Origin: Fidelibacterota bacterium
GTDB taxonomy: Bacteria > Fidelibacterota > UBA2242
Direction: 5' to 3'
Assembly (NCBI GenBank): GCA_021161185.1
Contig: JAGHBC010000033.1
Span: 1-45,972 of the forward strand
Length of the DNA: 45,972 bases
Positions 29,919 through 39,891 of this stretch are shown here, piece by piece. The notes under the pieces were generated by a model, which saw only the letters and a list, made by a program, of their open reading frames with translations, ran no database searches and was not told the DNA's origin. The position numbers were made by a program, and so were the translations under genes. The first letter of the stretch is position 1, and every line of letters begins with the position of its first letter.

Positions 29919-31112
29919 ATGTACCCGAAAATTGATAAAAAGGATCTGGAAATCTGGGCTGATTATTTATTAAATCATTCCCTTGGAGGAATTTCACCCG
30001 ACGATATCATCATGGTGAAAGGCGAATATATAACCTGGCCGCTGATGTCGGTATTGCAGGATAAAATATTTGCCACCGGCGCCATCGCCGATATTTATAT
30101 GATTCCACCTGATAATAACCGCGGACAGGTCTGGGGCGCTTCTATTGCCAGACACGGCAGCGTGGCGCAAATTGAGAAAACACCAGCCTGGCACAAAGAG
30201 CGCTACGAAAATATGACCAAGTATATTGAAATTCTCGGCGCCGAAGCGCCGGAACTCTTTGTCAACCTGCCCGACGATACCGGCAGCGCGCTGATGAAGG
30301 CTGATATGCCCTTCAAGCAGATTCGTCTGGCAAAACCCTGGGTGCTAACCCTCTATCCCACTCAGGCTTTTGCCGACATAGAAGACATGACTTTGGAAGA
30401 ATACACCGATGTTGTCGTCAGTACATCGTTGACCGATCCCAAAGGACTGGCGATAAAGGAAGAACCTATTGCCCGACTGATTGATAAAAGCAAATCTGTG
30501 CGGATCGAGACAGAATGTCCGGAAACCGGAAATATTTTAACATTAACAATGAGCATTGATGGACGTTTCCCGGTGAAATGCTTTGGAGAACGCAATTTTC
30601 CCGACGGCGAAGTATATACCAGCCCCGATGCTAACTCCGTGGAAGGTGAAATATTCGTTGATCTGCCGGTGTTCTATAACGGCGTAACAATCCAGGGGAT
30701 TTACCTGAAGTTTGAAAAGGGTAAAATCGTCGTTTACAAAGCTGACAAAGAATACGAAACACTTAAGAAAATTATCGAGACCGATAACGGCTCTCACCGG
30801 TTGGGTGAAGTGGCTCTAGGAATGAACCAGGGCTTGACCGTTGCCTTAAAACATCCGTTGTTCGTGGAAAAGGTTGGCGGAACACTACATATCGCCATCG
30901 GCGAGAGTTACCCGGATTGCTACGTACGGGATACCGAATCCGCAGAAAGCAAGCAGACGCTTGAAAAACTTGCCCGTGACGGGGTTTTTAATAAATCCGC
31001 TCAGCATGTTGATATTGTTGTCGATTTCAGGAAAGGTGGAGCAGGCAGAAGACTATTTTTTGACGATCGGGAACTAATTTCAAGAAATAATATCTGGGAA
31101 ATTTCCAGATAG
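29919..31112 (+). CDS. M29 family (AmpS/AmpT-like) aminopeptidase
   Basis: 'NFPDGEVYTSP', 'LGEVALG', 'EKVGGTLHIAIG', 'NKSAQHVD'. Confidence 0.9.
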   Translation: MYPKIDKKDLEIWADYLLNHSLGGISPDDIIMVKGEYITWPLMSVLQDKIFATGAIADIYMIPPDNNRGQVWGASIARHGSVAQIEKTPAWHKERYENMTKYIEILGAEAPELFVNLPDDTGSALMKADMPFKQIRLAKPWVLTLYPTQAFADIEDMTLEEYTDVVVSTSLTDPKGLAIKEEPIARLIDKSKSVRIETECPETGNILTLTMSIDGRFPVKCFGERNFPDGEVYTSPDANSVEGEIFVDLPVFYNGVTIQGIYLKFEKGKIVVYKADKEYETLKKIIETDNGSHRLGEVALGMNQGLTVALKHPLFVEKVGGTLHIAIGESYPDCYVRDTESAESKQTLEKLARDGVFNKSAQHVDIVVDFRKGGAGRRLFFDDRELISRNNIWEISR

Positions 31113-31329
31113 TTTTTATCTTTATTTAGCCTGTTTAATTAATAATTCTTGCCACTTCCTATCGGGATTATCCAATTTCTATTCAAGGTTCTAAACTCGG
31201 CAAGGAGTGAATATCAACCTTCCGAAGGTGTTTTCATTATAACACAGGCGCTTATCTTACCGAACCTACCTGGTAAACGAGGAGACAGATAAGACTCAGA
31301 TTTAAGCCGATGGCTTTTATACGTTAAAG

Positions 31330-31397
31330 TACACCTGTCAGGTTTATTCAAATAATCACATCCGAACTAAAAGAATCTTTTAAACCTGACAGGTGTA
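31330..31397. repeat. REP/REPIN-like 17-bp perfect inverted repeat
   Basis: TACACCTGTCAGGTTTA-N34-TAAACCTGACAGGTGTA; each arm contains the near-palindrome ACCTG(T/A)CAGGT. Confidence 0.75.
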
Positions 31398-31586
31398 TTG
31401 CAGTTCTTGGATTAAAGCGTCAAAAGTGGGCTTCTGCCACAGCTGGAAAAAAGTAATTACTGAAAGAACCATATATTTTATTTCAGCGTTGTGAATTTTC
31501 AATTCCCGATTTTCAAAATAAACCGTAAATTCCAGCCCGACAAAAACGTGAATTTCCCTAGCATATTTGACTACATGAAAGGACGT

Positions 31587-32645
31587 ATGAAAACAACGAA
31601 AGCACGATTAATTCTTGAAGATGGAACTATATATGAAGGGTGCTCCTTCGGAGCAGAATCCGCATCAGCCGGTGAAGTCGTTTTTAATACAGGGATGAGC
31701 GGCTATCCCGAAAGCCTAACCGACCCGTCCTACTACGGTCAGATACTGGTACTTACCTACCCTTTAATTGGTAATTACGGCATTCCAGCGGATGATCTCT
31801 CGCTGGAAGCCGGGGTGTTCGAGTCCAACCGCATCCAGGTCAAAGGATTAGTTGTTTCCGAGAATTCCGGGGAATACAGTCACTGGCAAGCCGACCGGAG
31901 CCTGTCTCAATGGCTGAAGGCAGCAAATATTCCCGCCGTTAGCGGGATTGATACCCGGAAGCTAACCCGGAGTCTTCGGGAAAAAGGAACGATGCTTGGC
32001 AAGATCGTTATCGATGAAGACATTAACTATTACGATCCTAACCGGGAAAATATTGTTAAAGAAGTCAGTCCAAAAGAGGTCACTCTACTGGGCAAAGGAA
32101 CCAAGCGGGTTGCGCTGCTCGATTGCGGCTGCAAGAACAGTATTATCAGACATCTGCTGGCGAGGGACATAGAGGTTTTGCGCCTGCCCTGGGACACGGA
32201 TATCAGCAACCACGATTTTGATGGGCTGTTAGTCTCCAACGGTCCGGGAAACCCTAAAGAATGCCGGCAACCCGCTAAGAGTGTGAAGTATGCTATGGGA
32301 AAAAATATTCCAACCTTCGGAATCTGTCTTGGCAATCAGATTATCGCATTGGCAGCGGGCGCAGACACATATAAGCTAAAATACGGACATCGCAGCCAAA
32401 ATCAACCGGTCAAAGAAATAAACAGTGATGAATGCATCATCACCGCCCAAAATCACGGCTTTGCGGTAAATGATGATACGATTCCCGAAGGGTGGTCACC
32501 CTGGTTCCGGAATCTGAACGATGGCACCAACGAAGGCATTATCCACGAGTCCGGTCGCTTTATGAGTGTGCAGTTTCATCCGGAAGCAGCACCGGGGCCG
32601 GAGGACGCCAAATACATTTTTGATAGATTCATCGAACAGCTCTAA
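31587..32645 (+). CDS. carA: Carbamoyl-phosphate synthase small subunit
   Basis: 'LILEDGT', 'GEVVFNTGM', 'SNGPGNP', 'GICLGNQ', 'QFHPE'; start at ATG 31587 behind AAAGGA. Confidence 0.96.
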   Translation: MKTTKARLILEDGTIYEGCSFGAESASAGEVVFNTGMSGYPESLTDPSYYGQILVLTYPLIGNYGIPADDLSLEAGVFESNRIQVKGLVVSENSGEYSHWQADRSLSQWLKAANIPAVSGIDTRKLTRSLREKGTMLGKIVIDEDINYYDPNRENIVKEVSPKEVTLLGKGTKRVALLDCGCKNSIIRHLLARDIEVLRLPWDTDISNHDFDGLLVSNGPGNPKECRQPAKSVKYAMGKNIPTFGICLGNQIIALAAGADTYKLKYGHRSQNQPVKEINSDECIITAQNHGFAVNDDTIPEGWSPWFRNLNDGTNEGIIHESGRFMSVQFHPEAAPGPEDAKYIFDRFIEQL

Positions 32646-32650
32646 ACAAT

Positions 32651-35600
32651 ATGGAAAATCCCATGAATAAAACGATAAAAAAAGTCCTGATACTTGGAAG
32701 CGCCGCCCTGAAAATCGGGGAAGCCGGCGAGTTTGATTATTCCGGTAGCCAGGCGATCAAAGCCCTGAAGCAGGAAGACGTGTATACTATACTGGTCAAC
32801 CCAAACATTGCAACAATCCAAACATCTGAAGATTTGGCAGATGAGGTCTATTTTCTGCCGGTGAATGCCGAATTCGTCGAGCGCGTTATCAAAAAGACCA
32901 GACCCGACGGCATCCTGCTGAGTTTTGGCGGTCAAACCGCGCTGAACACCGGACTTGAGCTGAACCGCAAGGGAGTTTTTGAAAAGTACCGGCTTAAAGT
33001 GCTGGGAACGCCTATCGATACGATCTTGGAAACCGAAGACCGCAATCTTTTTATAAATAAACTGAATGAAATCGATGTTAAGACAGCCCGGAGCGCCACA
33101 GCCGAATCTGTTGAGGACGCCGTCAGGATTGCCGAGAAAATCGGCTATCCGGTAATGGTACGGATCGCTTTTGCGCTGGGCGGATTGGGTTCAGGCATTT
33201 GCCTCAATCAGGAAGAACTCGTCCGGAAAGTGGATAAAGCCCTGACCTATACCGAGCAGGTATTAATTGAAGAGTATCTGCTGGGCTGGAAAGAGATCGA
33301 ATACGAAGTCATGTGCGACCGGTTCAGTAATTGCATCACGATCTGTAATATGGAAAATTTTGATCCAATGGGTATTCACACCGGCGAGAGCATCGTCATC
33401 GCACCCAGCCAAACTCTTTCCAATCACGATTATCATAAATTGCGCAGCATTGCAATAAAAACAATCCGGCATCTTGGTATCGTTGGAGAGTGTAATATTC
33501 AATACGCTTATCATCCGGAATCCGATGACTACCGGGTAATCGAAGTGAACGCCCGACTCTCCCGGAGTTCGGCGCTGGCGTCAAAGGCAACCGGTTATCC
33601 AATTGCCTTTATTGCCGCCAAACTGGCATTGGGATTCGGGCTGCATGAGCTGAAAAACTCCATCACTCAGACCACATCAGCCTTTTTCGAACCGGCACTG
33701 GATTACTGTGTAGTCAAAATTCCCAAATGGGACCTGAAAAAATTCAGAAGGGTTTCAAAACAGATTGATTCCGGCATGAAATCTGTCGGCGAAGTAATGG
33801 CAATCGGCAGAAATTTTGAAGAAGCCTTTCAAAAGGGTATCCGTATGCTGGAAAGCGGCGCCTGTGGGCTGGTGGGCAATACCCATCAATCTTTTGATGA
33901 TCTGGAAGATGAGTTACAAAAGCCCACGGAAGAACGTGTTTTTGCAGTAGCCGAAGCATTGAAACAGGGTTATTCCGTTGACAAAATCTACAGCCTAACT
34001 TATATAGATAAATGGTTTCTCTATAAAATCCGGAATATCGTCGAAATCGAAAAGAAATTGAAAGCGGAACAAGCAGCGAAGATCGAAAAATCTCTGCTGA
34101 CCTCGGCAAAACGATCCGGGTTTTCCGATGAACAGATCGGCAACATTACCGATAGTACACCCGAGAGGATTCGAGCTTTGCGAGAAGAATACGATCTTTA
34201 CCCTAAAATCAGGCAAATCGATACGCTGGCGGCGGAATATCCGGCTAAGACCAATTATCTTTACCTGAGTTATCATGCCGATGCCCATGATCTGGATAAT
34301 TTTGATTCCAATACCGTGGTTATCCTAGGATCGGGTGCTTACCGAATCGGCAGCTCGGTGGAATTCGACTGGAGCTGCGTTAATGCCGGTAAGACATTGC
34401 GGAAACTCGGCTATTCGACGATTCTCGTCAATTACAACCCGGAAACCGTTAGCACCGATTACGACGAAGTCGATTATCTGATTTTTGACGAGATCAGTCT
34501 GGAATCGGTAACGGAAATTTATAAAATATTCAATCCCATCGGCGTGATTGTTTCGGTTGGCGGACAGATTCCCAACAATCTGGCGCTAAAACTGCATAAA
34601 TTCGGTATTCGTATTCTGGGAACGTCGCCTGAGGATATCGACCGCGCTGAAAACCGGCGAATATTCTCTGACTTACTGGATCAATTGGAGATCGATCAGC
34701 CTACCTGGAAGGAACTGACATCAATTGAAGAGGCGAAAGACTTTGCTCGTGAATACCAATATCCGGTGCTCATTCGACCGTCTTACGTATTGAGCGGCGC
34801 CGCAATGGCGGTGGCATCGAATGACGTTGAGTTGGAGGAATATCTAAAAAAAGCGGTGACGCTGTCGCCGGATCATCCGACGGTAATCAGCAAATTTCTG
34901 GAAAACGCCAAGGAGATCGAATTCGACGCCGTGGCTCAAAATGGTGACGTTATTGCCTATGCGATTTCCGAGCATGTTGAAAATGCCGGAGTTCATTCCG
35001 GCGATGCCACCTTGGTCTTTCCGCCGCAGCGTACTTACCTGGAAACTATTCGCAAGGTGCGATTAATTTCCCGAAAAATTGCAAAAGCACTGAACATCAA
35101 CGGCCCCTTTAATATTCAGTTTATCGCCAAAAACAATCAGGTCAAGGTGATCGAGTGTAATCTGCGCGCCTCCCGAAGTTTTCCCTTTGTTTCAAAAGTA
35201 TTAAAAAAGAATTTTATCGAAATGGCGACGCGGGTAATCATGCGGGTTCCGGTTAAGGAATGGTCCAGTTCGTCGTTTGAACTTGATTACGTTGGTGTGA
35301 AAGCACCGCAGTTCTCCTTTACCCGCTTGCAGGGCGCCGATCCGACGCTGGGTGTCGAAATGGCATCTACCGGCGAGGTCGCCTGTCTAGGTGAGAATTT
35401 TGAAGAAGCTTTTTTAAAAGCGCTGCTGTCGGTGGGCTATAAGTTGCCGTTTAAAAGTGTATTACTGTCCACCGGTCCCATCTCATCCAAAGCGGAACTG
35501 CTGGAAGGTATCCGACATCTTAGTCAGTCTGGCATCAATTTATACGCCACAGCCGGAACCGCCAGCTTCCTAAAAGTCAATCAGATCCCGGTGCAGACCG

Positions 35601-35854
35601 TGCACTGGCCACTGGATGAAAAATCGTCGAATGCCGTGGATTACATTAAACAGGGTAAAATCGACCTGGTGATCAATATTCCGAAGAATTATCAGAACGA
35701 AGAGCTGACTAATGGCTACCTGATTCGACGGGCAGCGGTGGATTATAACGTCATGCTGATCACCAACCGCCAGATCGCCATGCGCTTTATCGAATCCATC
35801 TCTCGGAGCGTCCATGACCGGCTGGACGTGCGCAGCTGGCAGGAATACAACTAA
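32651..35854 (+). CDS. carB: Carbamoyl-phosphate synthase large subunit
   Basis: 'GEAGEFDYSG', duplicated ATP-grasp halves, 'NPETVSTDYD', C-terminal MGS-like domain. Confidence 0.97.
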   Translation: MENPMNKTIKKVLILGSAALKIGEAGEFDYSGSQAIKALKQEDVYTILVNPNIATIQTSEDLADEVYFLPVNAEFVERVIKKTRPDGILLSFGGQTALNTGLELNRKGVFEKYRLKVLGTPIDTILETEDRNLFINKLNEIDVKTARSATAESVEDAVRIAEKIGYPVMVRIAFALGGLGSGICLNQEELVRKVDKALTYTEQVLIEEYLLGWKEIEYEVMCDRFSNCITICNMENFDPMGIHTGESIVIAPSQTLSNHDYHKLRSIAIKTIRHLGIVGECNIQYAYHPESDDYRVIEVNARLSRSSALASKATGYPIAFIAAKLALGFGLHELKNSITQTTSAFFEPALDYCVVKIPKWDLKKFRRVSKQIDSGMKSVGEVMAIGRNFEEAFQKGIRMLESGACGLVGNTHQSFDDLEDELQKPTEERVFAVAEALKQGYSVDKIYSLTYIDKWFLYKIRNIVEIEKKLKAEQAAKIEKSLLTSAKRSGFSDEQIGNITDSTPERIRALREEYDLYPKIRQIDTLAAEYPAKTNYLYLSYHADAHDLDNFDSNTVVILGSGAYRIGSSVEFDWSCVNAGKTLRKLGYSTILVNYNPETVSTDYDEVDYLIFDEISLESVTEIYKIFNPIGVIVSVGGQIPNNLALKLHKFGIRILGTSPEDIDRAENRRIFSDLLDQLEIDQPTWKELTSIEEAKDFAREYQYPVLIRPSYVLSGAAMAVASNDVELEEYLKKAVTLSPDHPTVISKFLENAKEIEFDAVAQNGDVIAYAISEHVENAGVHSGDATLVFPPQRTYLETIRKVRLISRKIAKALNINGPFNIQFIAKNNQVKVIECNLRASRSFPFVSKVLKKNFIEMATRVIMRVPVKEWSSSSFELDYVGVKAPQFSFTRLQGADPTLGVEMASTGEVACLGENFEEAFLKALLSVGYKLPFKSVLLSTGPISSKAELLEGIRHLSQSGINLYATAGTASFLKVNQIPVQTVHWPLDEKSSNAVDYIKQGKIDLVINIPKNYQNEELTNGYLIRRAAVDYNVMLITNRQIAMRFIESISRSVHDRLDVRSWQEYN

Positions 35855-35879
35855 GATAAAATGAAACCTATATCTTCAC

Positions 35880-36012
35880 TGAGCTGTACTCAAAAAACTG
35901 GGCATGTAATTGAGGCGAGAAAATGCAAATTACTACCAGAAAGGGGACAATATGAAACGTCGGAAATTTAGCGCTGAATTTAAAACTAAGGTTGCCGTCG
36001 AAGCCATCAGAA
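35880..36012 (+). mobile_element. IS3-family left-end remnant with truncated orfA
   Basis: TGAGCTGTACTCAAAAAACTGGGCA terminal-repeat-like start, RBS AAGGGGA, ATG 35952 MKRRKFSAEFKTKVAVEAIR (HTH_Tnp_1-like), then similarity is lost. Confidence 0.75.
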
Positions 36013-36138
36013 GATTACTTTCAGTTATCATAATCAACGTGTCCGTACCGCGACAACATATCTGCCTTCAGCAATGAGTTTTTTCATTCCCATTAAGAGT
36101 CAATTCGCGTGCCAGGAGCATCTCACGAAAATTCCCGG

Positions 36139-37167
36139 TTAGGAAACCCTCAAAACTTTCGCGCCTTTCATCCCGCCTTTTTTCAATTCGTACAGCACCT
36201 TATTCGCATCCCCAAGGGGATACTCCACAACTTCCGGCTTGATCGGTATCTCCGCCGCAAGCTCCAGGAATTCCGCCACATCCCGCCGGGCAACATTGGC
36301 AACGCTCTTGATCTCCTTCTCCATCCAGAGATGTTCCGGGTAATCAAGATTCAGCAGATAATCTTTATCTATGTTCTCTTTGCGGATGGCATTAATTACC
36401 AGCCTGCCGCCGGGCAGTAAATTCTTCAGGGCTTCCACTACCGGTTTCCAGACCGGTGTAGTATCAATAATCGCATGACACAGTTGCGGCGCTTTGTCAG
36501 CAGTATCGCCAGCCCAAACCGCACCCAACTTCAGCGCAAATTGCCGCTCCACAAAGCTGCGGGCAAAGACATAAACCTTTGTATTCGGATACTTATGTCT
36601 GACCATTTTCAAAACCAGATGAGCGGAAGCGCCAAAACCGGTCAAGCCCAGATTCTGACCATCCTTGAGATTGCACAACCGCAATGATCGATAACCAATC
36701 GCTCCGGCACATAACAGCGGCGCTGCTTCGGCATCACTGAAGATTTCGGGTATCCTGAATGCCGAACTCTCCGGCACCGTCATATATTCCGCATAACCGC
36801 CATTGGCGTCCCTGCCGGTGGCTTTGAAGTCGGCGCAGAGATTTTCATTGCCGGAAAGACAGTGCTCGCACTTGCCACAGGAGGAATAGAGCCAGGCAAC
36901 ACCAACCCGCTCGTCAAGATTATGATGTCGAACATCGGGCCCAAGCCCCATCACCGTCCCCACGACCTGGTGACCGGGAACAACCGGGTACTCGGGCGGC
37001 GGCGTGCGTCCTTCGATTTCATCCAATTCCGTATGACAGACACCGCAGGTATGCACCTTGATCAGCAGTTCATCGTCTTTCGGCTCCGGCGGCGGCAAAC
37101 CCGCAGCATCCGGGGGGTGGGTATCCATTGAAACATCGGTGATTTTATTCAGAAGCATGGCTTTCAT
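36139..37167 (-). CDS. Zinc-dependent alcohol dehydrogenase family protein
   Basis: 'CGVCHTE', 'PGHQVVG', structural Zn CGKCEHC...C, 'APLLCAG', variant Rossmann 'GFGASA'. Confidence 0.92.
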   Translation of the reverse strand: MKAMLLNKITDVSMDTHPPDAAGLPPPEPKDDELLIKVHTCGVCHTELDEIEGRTPPPEYPVVPGHQVVGTVMGLGPDVRHHNLDERVGVAWLYSSCGKCEHCLSGNENLCADFKATGRDANGGYAEYMTVPESSAFRIPEIFSDAEAAPLLCAGAIGYRSLRLCNLKDGQNLGLTGFGASAHLVLKMVRHKYPNTKVYVFARSFVERQFALKLGAVWAGDTADKAPQLCHAIIDTTPVWKPVVEALKNLLPGGRLVINAIRKENIDKDYLLNLDYPEHLWMEKEIKSVANVARRDVAEFLELAAEIPIKPEVVEYPLGDANKVLYELKKGGMKGAKVLRVS

Positions 37168-37300
37168 GGCAATCCTCGACTACTTATGGAGAAGATAAAT
37201 AAAATCGGGAGTATATTTTTACTGTTTTGAATCACCTTGAATGATATTACATAATACACGTCAAGAAGGCAAGGAAAACATGTCCGTCTCACTACTCTCT

Positions 37301-37335
37301 CTGGATACTGGATACTGGATACTGGATACTGGATG
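37301..37335. repeat. Heptanucleotide tandem repeat (CTGGATA)x5
   Basis: Four perfect copies plus CTGGATG immediately downstream of the lipoprotein gene. Confidence 0.9.
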
Positions 37336-37345
37336 CTCAATTCAT

Positions 37346-37798
37346 TTATCCCAACTTCTTTTTCCACGGCTTAATCCAAAATCCCGATAACTTATTATTG
37401 CCATCCATGACGACTCTGATTTCTACAGATTTACCCGATTCAAAATCTCCAATGAAACGGTAGATCACAGAATAAGACCCGTCGGTGGGTTTCCAGGTTT
37501 CCGCATATCTCAGAGAGATAAAGTCACCGAATTGACCATGTATTGATTCATAAGCCTCTTCCTGAACTTCCGGTGTCAGTCTTCTTTGCATCATCCGGGT
37601 CGCCTCGCCACCCAGTTGGTGATAACTGCCGGTTTTCATGCCGGTCATCAACTTTATCGCGATATCTTCGGCAAGTAATTTTTGTTCCTGGTTGACATCT
37701 GCTTCATCTATTTTGGAATATTGTGAATCACAGCCAGCCAGTAGAACCAGGATCAAAAGTAGAACCGGAGTTTTTTTTAATGCAATCGTAAAATTCAC
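37346..37798 (-). CDS. Lipoprotein, DUF3887-like
   Basis: Lipobox LAGC; 'QFGDF', 'EIRVVMD...KLSGFWIKPW'; probable GTG start 37798 behind AGGGGGA. Confidence 0.75.
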   Translation of the reverse strand: MNFTIALKKTPVLLLILVLLAGCDSQYSKIDEADVNQEQKLLAEDIAIKLMTGMKTGSYHQLGGEATRMMQRRLTPEVQEEAYESIHGQFGDFISLRYAETWKPTDGSYSVIYRFIGDFESGKSVEIRVVMDGNNKLSGFWIKPWKKKLG

Positions 37799-38003
37799 TT
37801 TAGTTTCCCCCTTCTGATAAAATTGAGACGCAATCACTCCGTAAAACAAGCAAATCTTCATCTCTGAATAGTACAACTTTCATTTTTTTTACCAGTAGAA
37901 ATTAGTTGCCGAAATTATGGAATGCAATCTTTTTTTAATGTTGAATAAAGCAAAATTCCAGTTTATCGAAGATTGATAATGGAAGCTGGATATTTCCTGT
38001 TCC

Positions 38004-38085
38004 AAACAAGAAATTTGTTATTTCAAATAGGACGAGTGCTATTTCAAACAGAAAGTTTGCTGTTTCCGATAAATCGCACTATTTC
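38004..38085. repeat. Degenerate 21-bp tandem repeat
   Basis: AAACAAGAAATTTGTTATTTC / AAATAGGACGAGTGCTATTTC / AAACAGAAAGTTTGCTGTTTC / partial fourth unit. Confidence 0.6.
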
Positions 38086-38151
38086 GCCAGTAATCAGTCA
38101 GAAAGAATTTTCAATTTGAAATTAAAAATATAGTGCTGTCATATTGCCTTT

Positions 38152-39570
38152 TCAGTGATGACGACTGTCCCGGCGGCGCTTACCGCTTCCGTCCGATCTA
38201 TACGGCTTCCTACGAGGGGCTTCATCTGGTTGGATAAGCGGCGCGTGGAGCACCTGCTGATAATAATCATCCAGCAACATGGCGATTATGTTCAATTCCT
38301 CTTCGTTTTCCGCCAGACTGCGTGCCAAAGCCACAAACCGTTGGCTGCGTTCGGTTTTTAGTTTATCACGATCACGCAAGCGGGCTTCAAGCAGGGTCGT
38401 CACACGTTCCGTGACAATCGCCTCCACGTCGGCATCGGTAGGCAAAGGCTGCTCCAGCATATCGATGCTATACCGTTTGGCAATGCGTTTTATCTGAAAC
38501 TTTTCAACCCCGCTCACCAGGGAAATCGCCGTTCCTGAGGCGCCCGCACGGCCGGTACGCCCAGCGCGGTGAATATAAGCTTCAAAGTCTTCGGGGGGTT
38601 CGTATTGAACCACATGTGAAAGTTCCGGGATATCGAGTCCCCGGGCGGCAATATCGGTAGCCACTAAAAAACGTATATCCCCCTGACGAAGCCGTTCCAA
38701 GACCCGCTCACGTTCCCTTTGTGGAAGATCGGCGGTCAACTCGTCTGCATCATAGCCAAATCGCTGCAATACGGTCGTCACATAATACACCGTCGCCTTG
38801 GTATTGCAAAAAATAATGGCGGATGCGGGATTCTCGATCTCAATCAAGCGCACCAGACTGCGGTCTCTGTCCATGCCCGGTACATTGTAAAAAACATGTT
38901 TGGTATCGGTGACATGAACATGGTCCTGGCTGAGAGTCAGGAATTCGGGTTTGCGGATAAACTCATGGGCGGTACGCAAGACATACGTAGGAAAAGTGGC
39001 TGAAAACATGCAGATATTGAGTTTTCGAGCCGGCAGATAACGCTGCAATTTTTTCATATCGGGGTAAAAGCCCATGGACAGCATGCGGTCGGCTTCGTCA
39101 AAGATTAACATCTCGAGATGTTCCAGTACGAGCGTACGCTTCAGTAAATGATCGAGAACCCGACCCGGTGTTCCGACTATAATATGTGCGCCTCGATGAA
39201 GCGCCTCCATCTGTGCTTTATAACCAACGCCACCATATACGGCGATTGTACGCAGTCCCATATTGCCACACAATATTTCGGCCTCTTGCCAGACTTGCCC
39301 GGCAAGTTCTCGGGTAGGCACGAGAACCAGCGCCTGACAATGATTGCGCTTCGGATCGAGTCGCTCCAGCATGGGCAAGAGAAAAGCGCCGGTTTTGCCG
39401 CTGCCGGTACGCGCCTGGATCATCACGTCCCGACCGTTAAGCATATAAGGAATCACCCGGGACTGGACAGGCATAAGCGTCGTCCAGCCGACACGTCCCG
39501 CGGCAGCCTGCAAAGACTCGGGGAGTTGTTCGAATTTTACTTCGAGTAGCGGATTGTTGGAATTATCCAA
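38152..39570 (-). CDS. DEAD-box RNA helicase
   Basis: Q motif, TGSGKT, PTRELA, TPGR, DEAD, SAT, ARGLD, HRAGRTGR. Confidence 0.96.
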   Translation of the reverse strand: MDNSNNPLLEVKFEQLPESLQAAAGRVGWTTLMPVQSRVIPYMLNGRDVMIQARTGSGKTGAFLLPMLERLDPKRNHCQALVLVPTRELAGQVWQEAEILCGNMGLRTIAVYGGVGYKAQMEALHRGAHIIVGTPGRVLDHLLKRTLVLEHLEMLIFDEADRMLSMGFYPDMKKLQRYLPARKLNICMFSATFPTYVLRTAHEFIRKPEFLTLSQDHVHVTDTKHVFYNVPGMDRDRSLVRLIEIENPASAIIFCNTKATVYYVTTVLQRFGYDADELTADLPQRERERVLERLRQGDIRFLVATDIAARGLDIPELSHVVQYEPPEDFEAYIHRAGRTGRAGASGTAISLVSGVEKFQIKRIAKRYSIDMLEQPLPTDADVEAIVTERVTTLLEARLRDRDKLKTERSQRFVALARSLAENEEELNIIAMLLDDYYQQVLHAPLIQPDEAPRRKPYRSDGSGKRRRDSRHH

Positions 39571-39777
39571 TAAAACCTCAATTCATAATACGTTCAATTA
39601 TTTAAGAACTTTTTTTCAAAACTTCATGCTTGTTTATTAATCATCGTTTTAAACCGGTTCTCCATTCATCATATTTTCCAATAAGAAATTAATCTATATA
39701 ATAACCATTGGCAATCTTTTCATGATATTCAATTACAATTTCGGTCCACAATCCCGGGGTCGGTTCTCTGTCAAACC

Positions 39778-39808
39778 AAAAAAGCGGGGAAAAATTATCC
39801 CCGCTTTT
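39778..39808 (-). terminator. Rho-independent terminator of the ECF/Spy operon
   Basis: Plus-strand AAAAAAGCGGGGA-AAAATTA-TCCCCGCTTTT hairpin, T run on the minus strand. Confidence 0.8.
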
Positions 39809-39891
39809 ATACAATCCACAATAGGAAAAAAATTTTATCGCTTCACACGATATGGAAATGCCCAGTAAGTGAAATTCAGTCCAAAACTGTC

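Noticed and set aside
31488-31586. Possible ARG boxes or PyrR attenuator upstream of carA, and the ORF-track extension of carA
   Set aside because: TGAAT half-sites lack correctly spaced ATTCA partners, no PyrR loop or terminator is seen, and the RBS supports ATG 31587
37164-37367. 67-aa ORF containing SIQYPVSSIQYP
   Set aside because: The repeat peptide is simply the translation of the CTGGATA microsatellite
38004-38085. 21-bp repeats as a possible CRISPR array
   Set aside because: No unique spacers, units are degenerate, no cas genes
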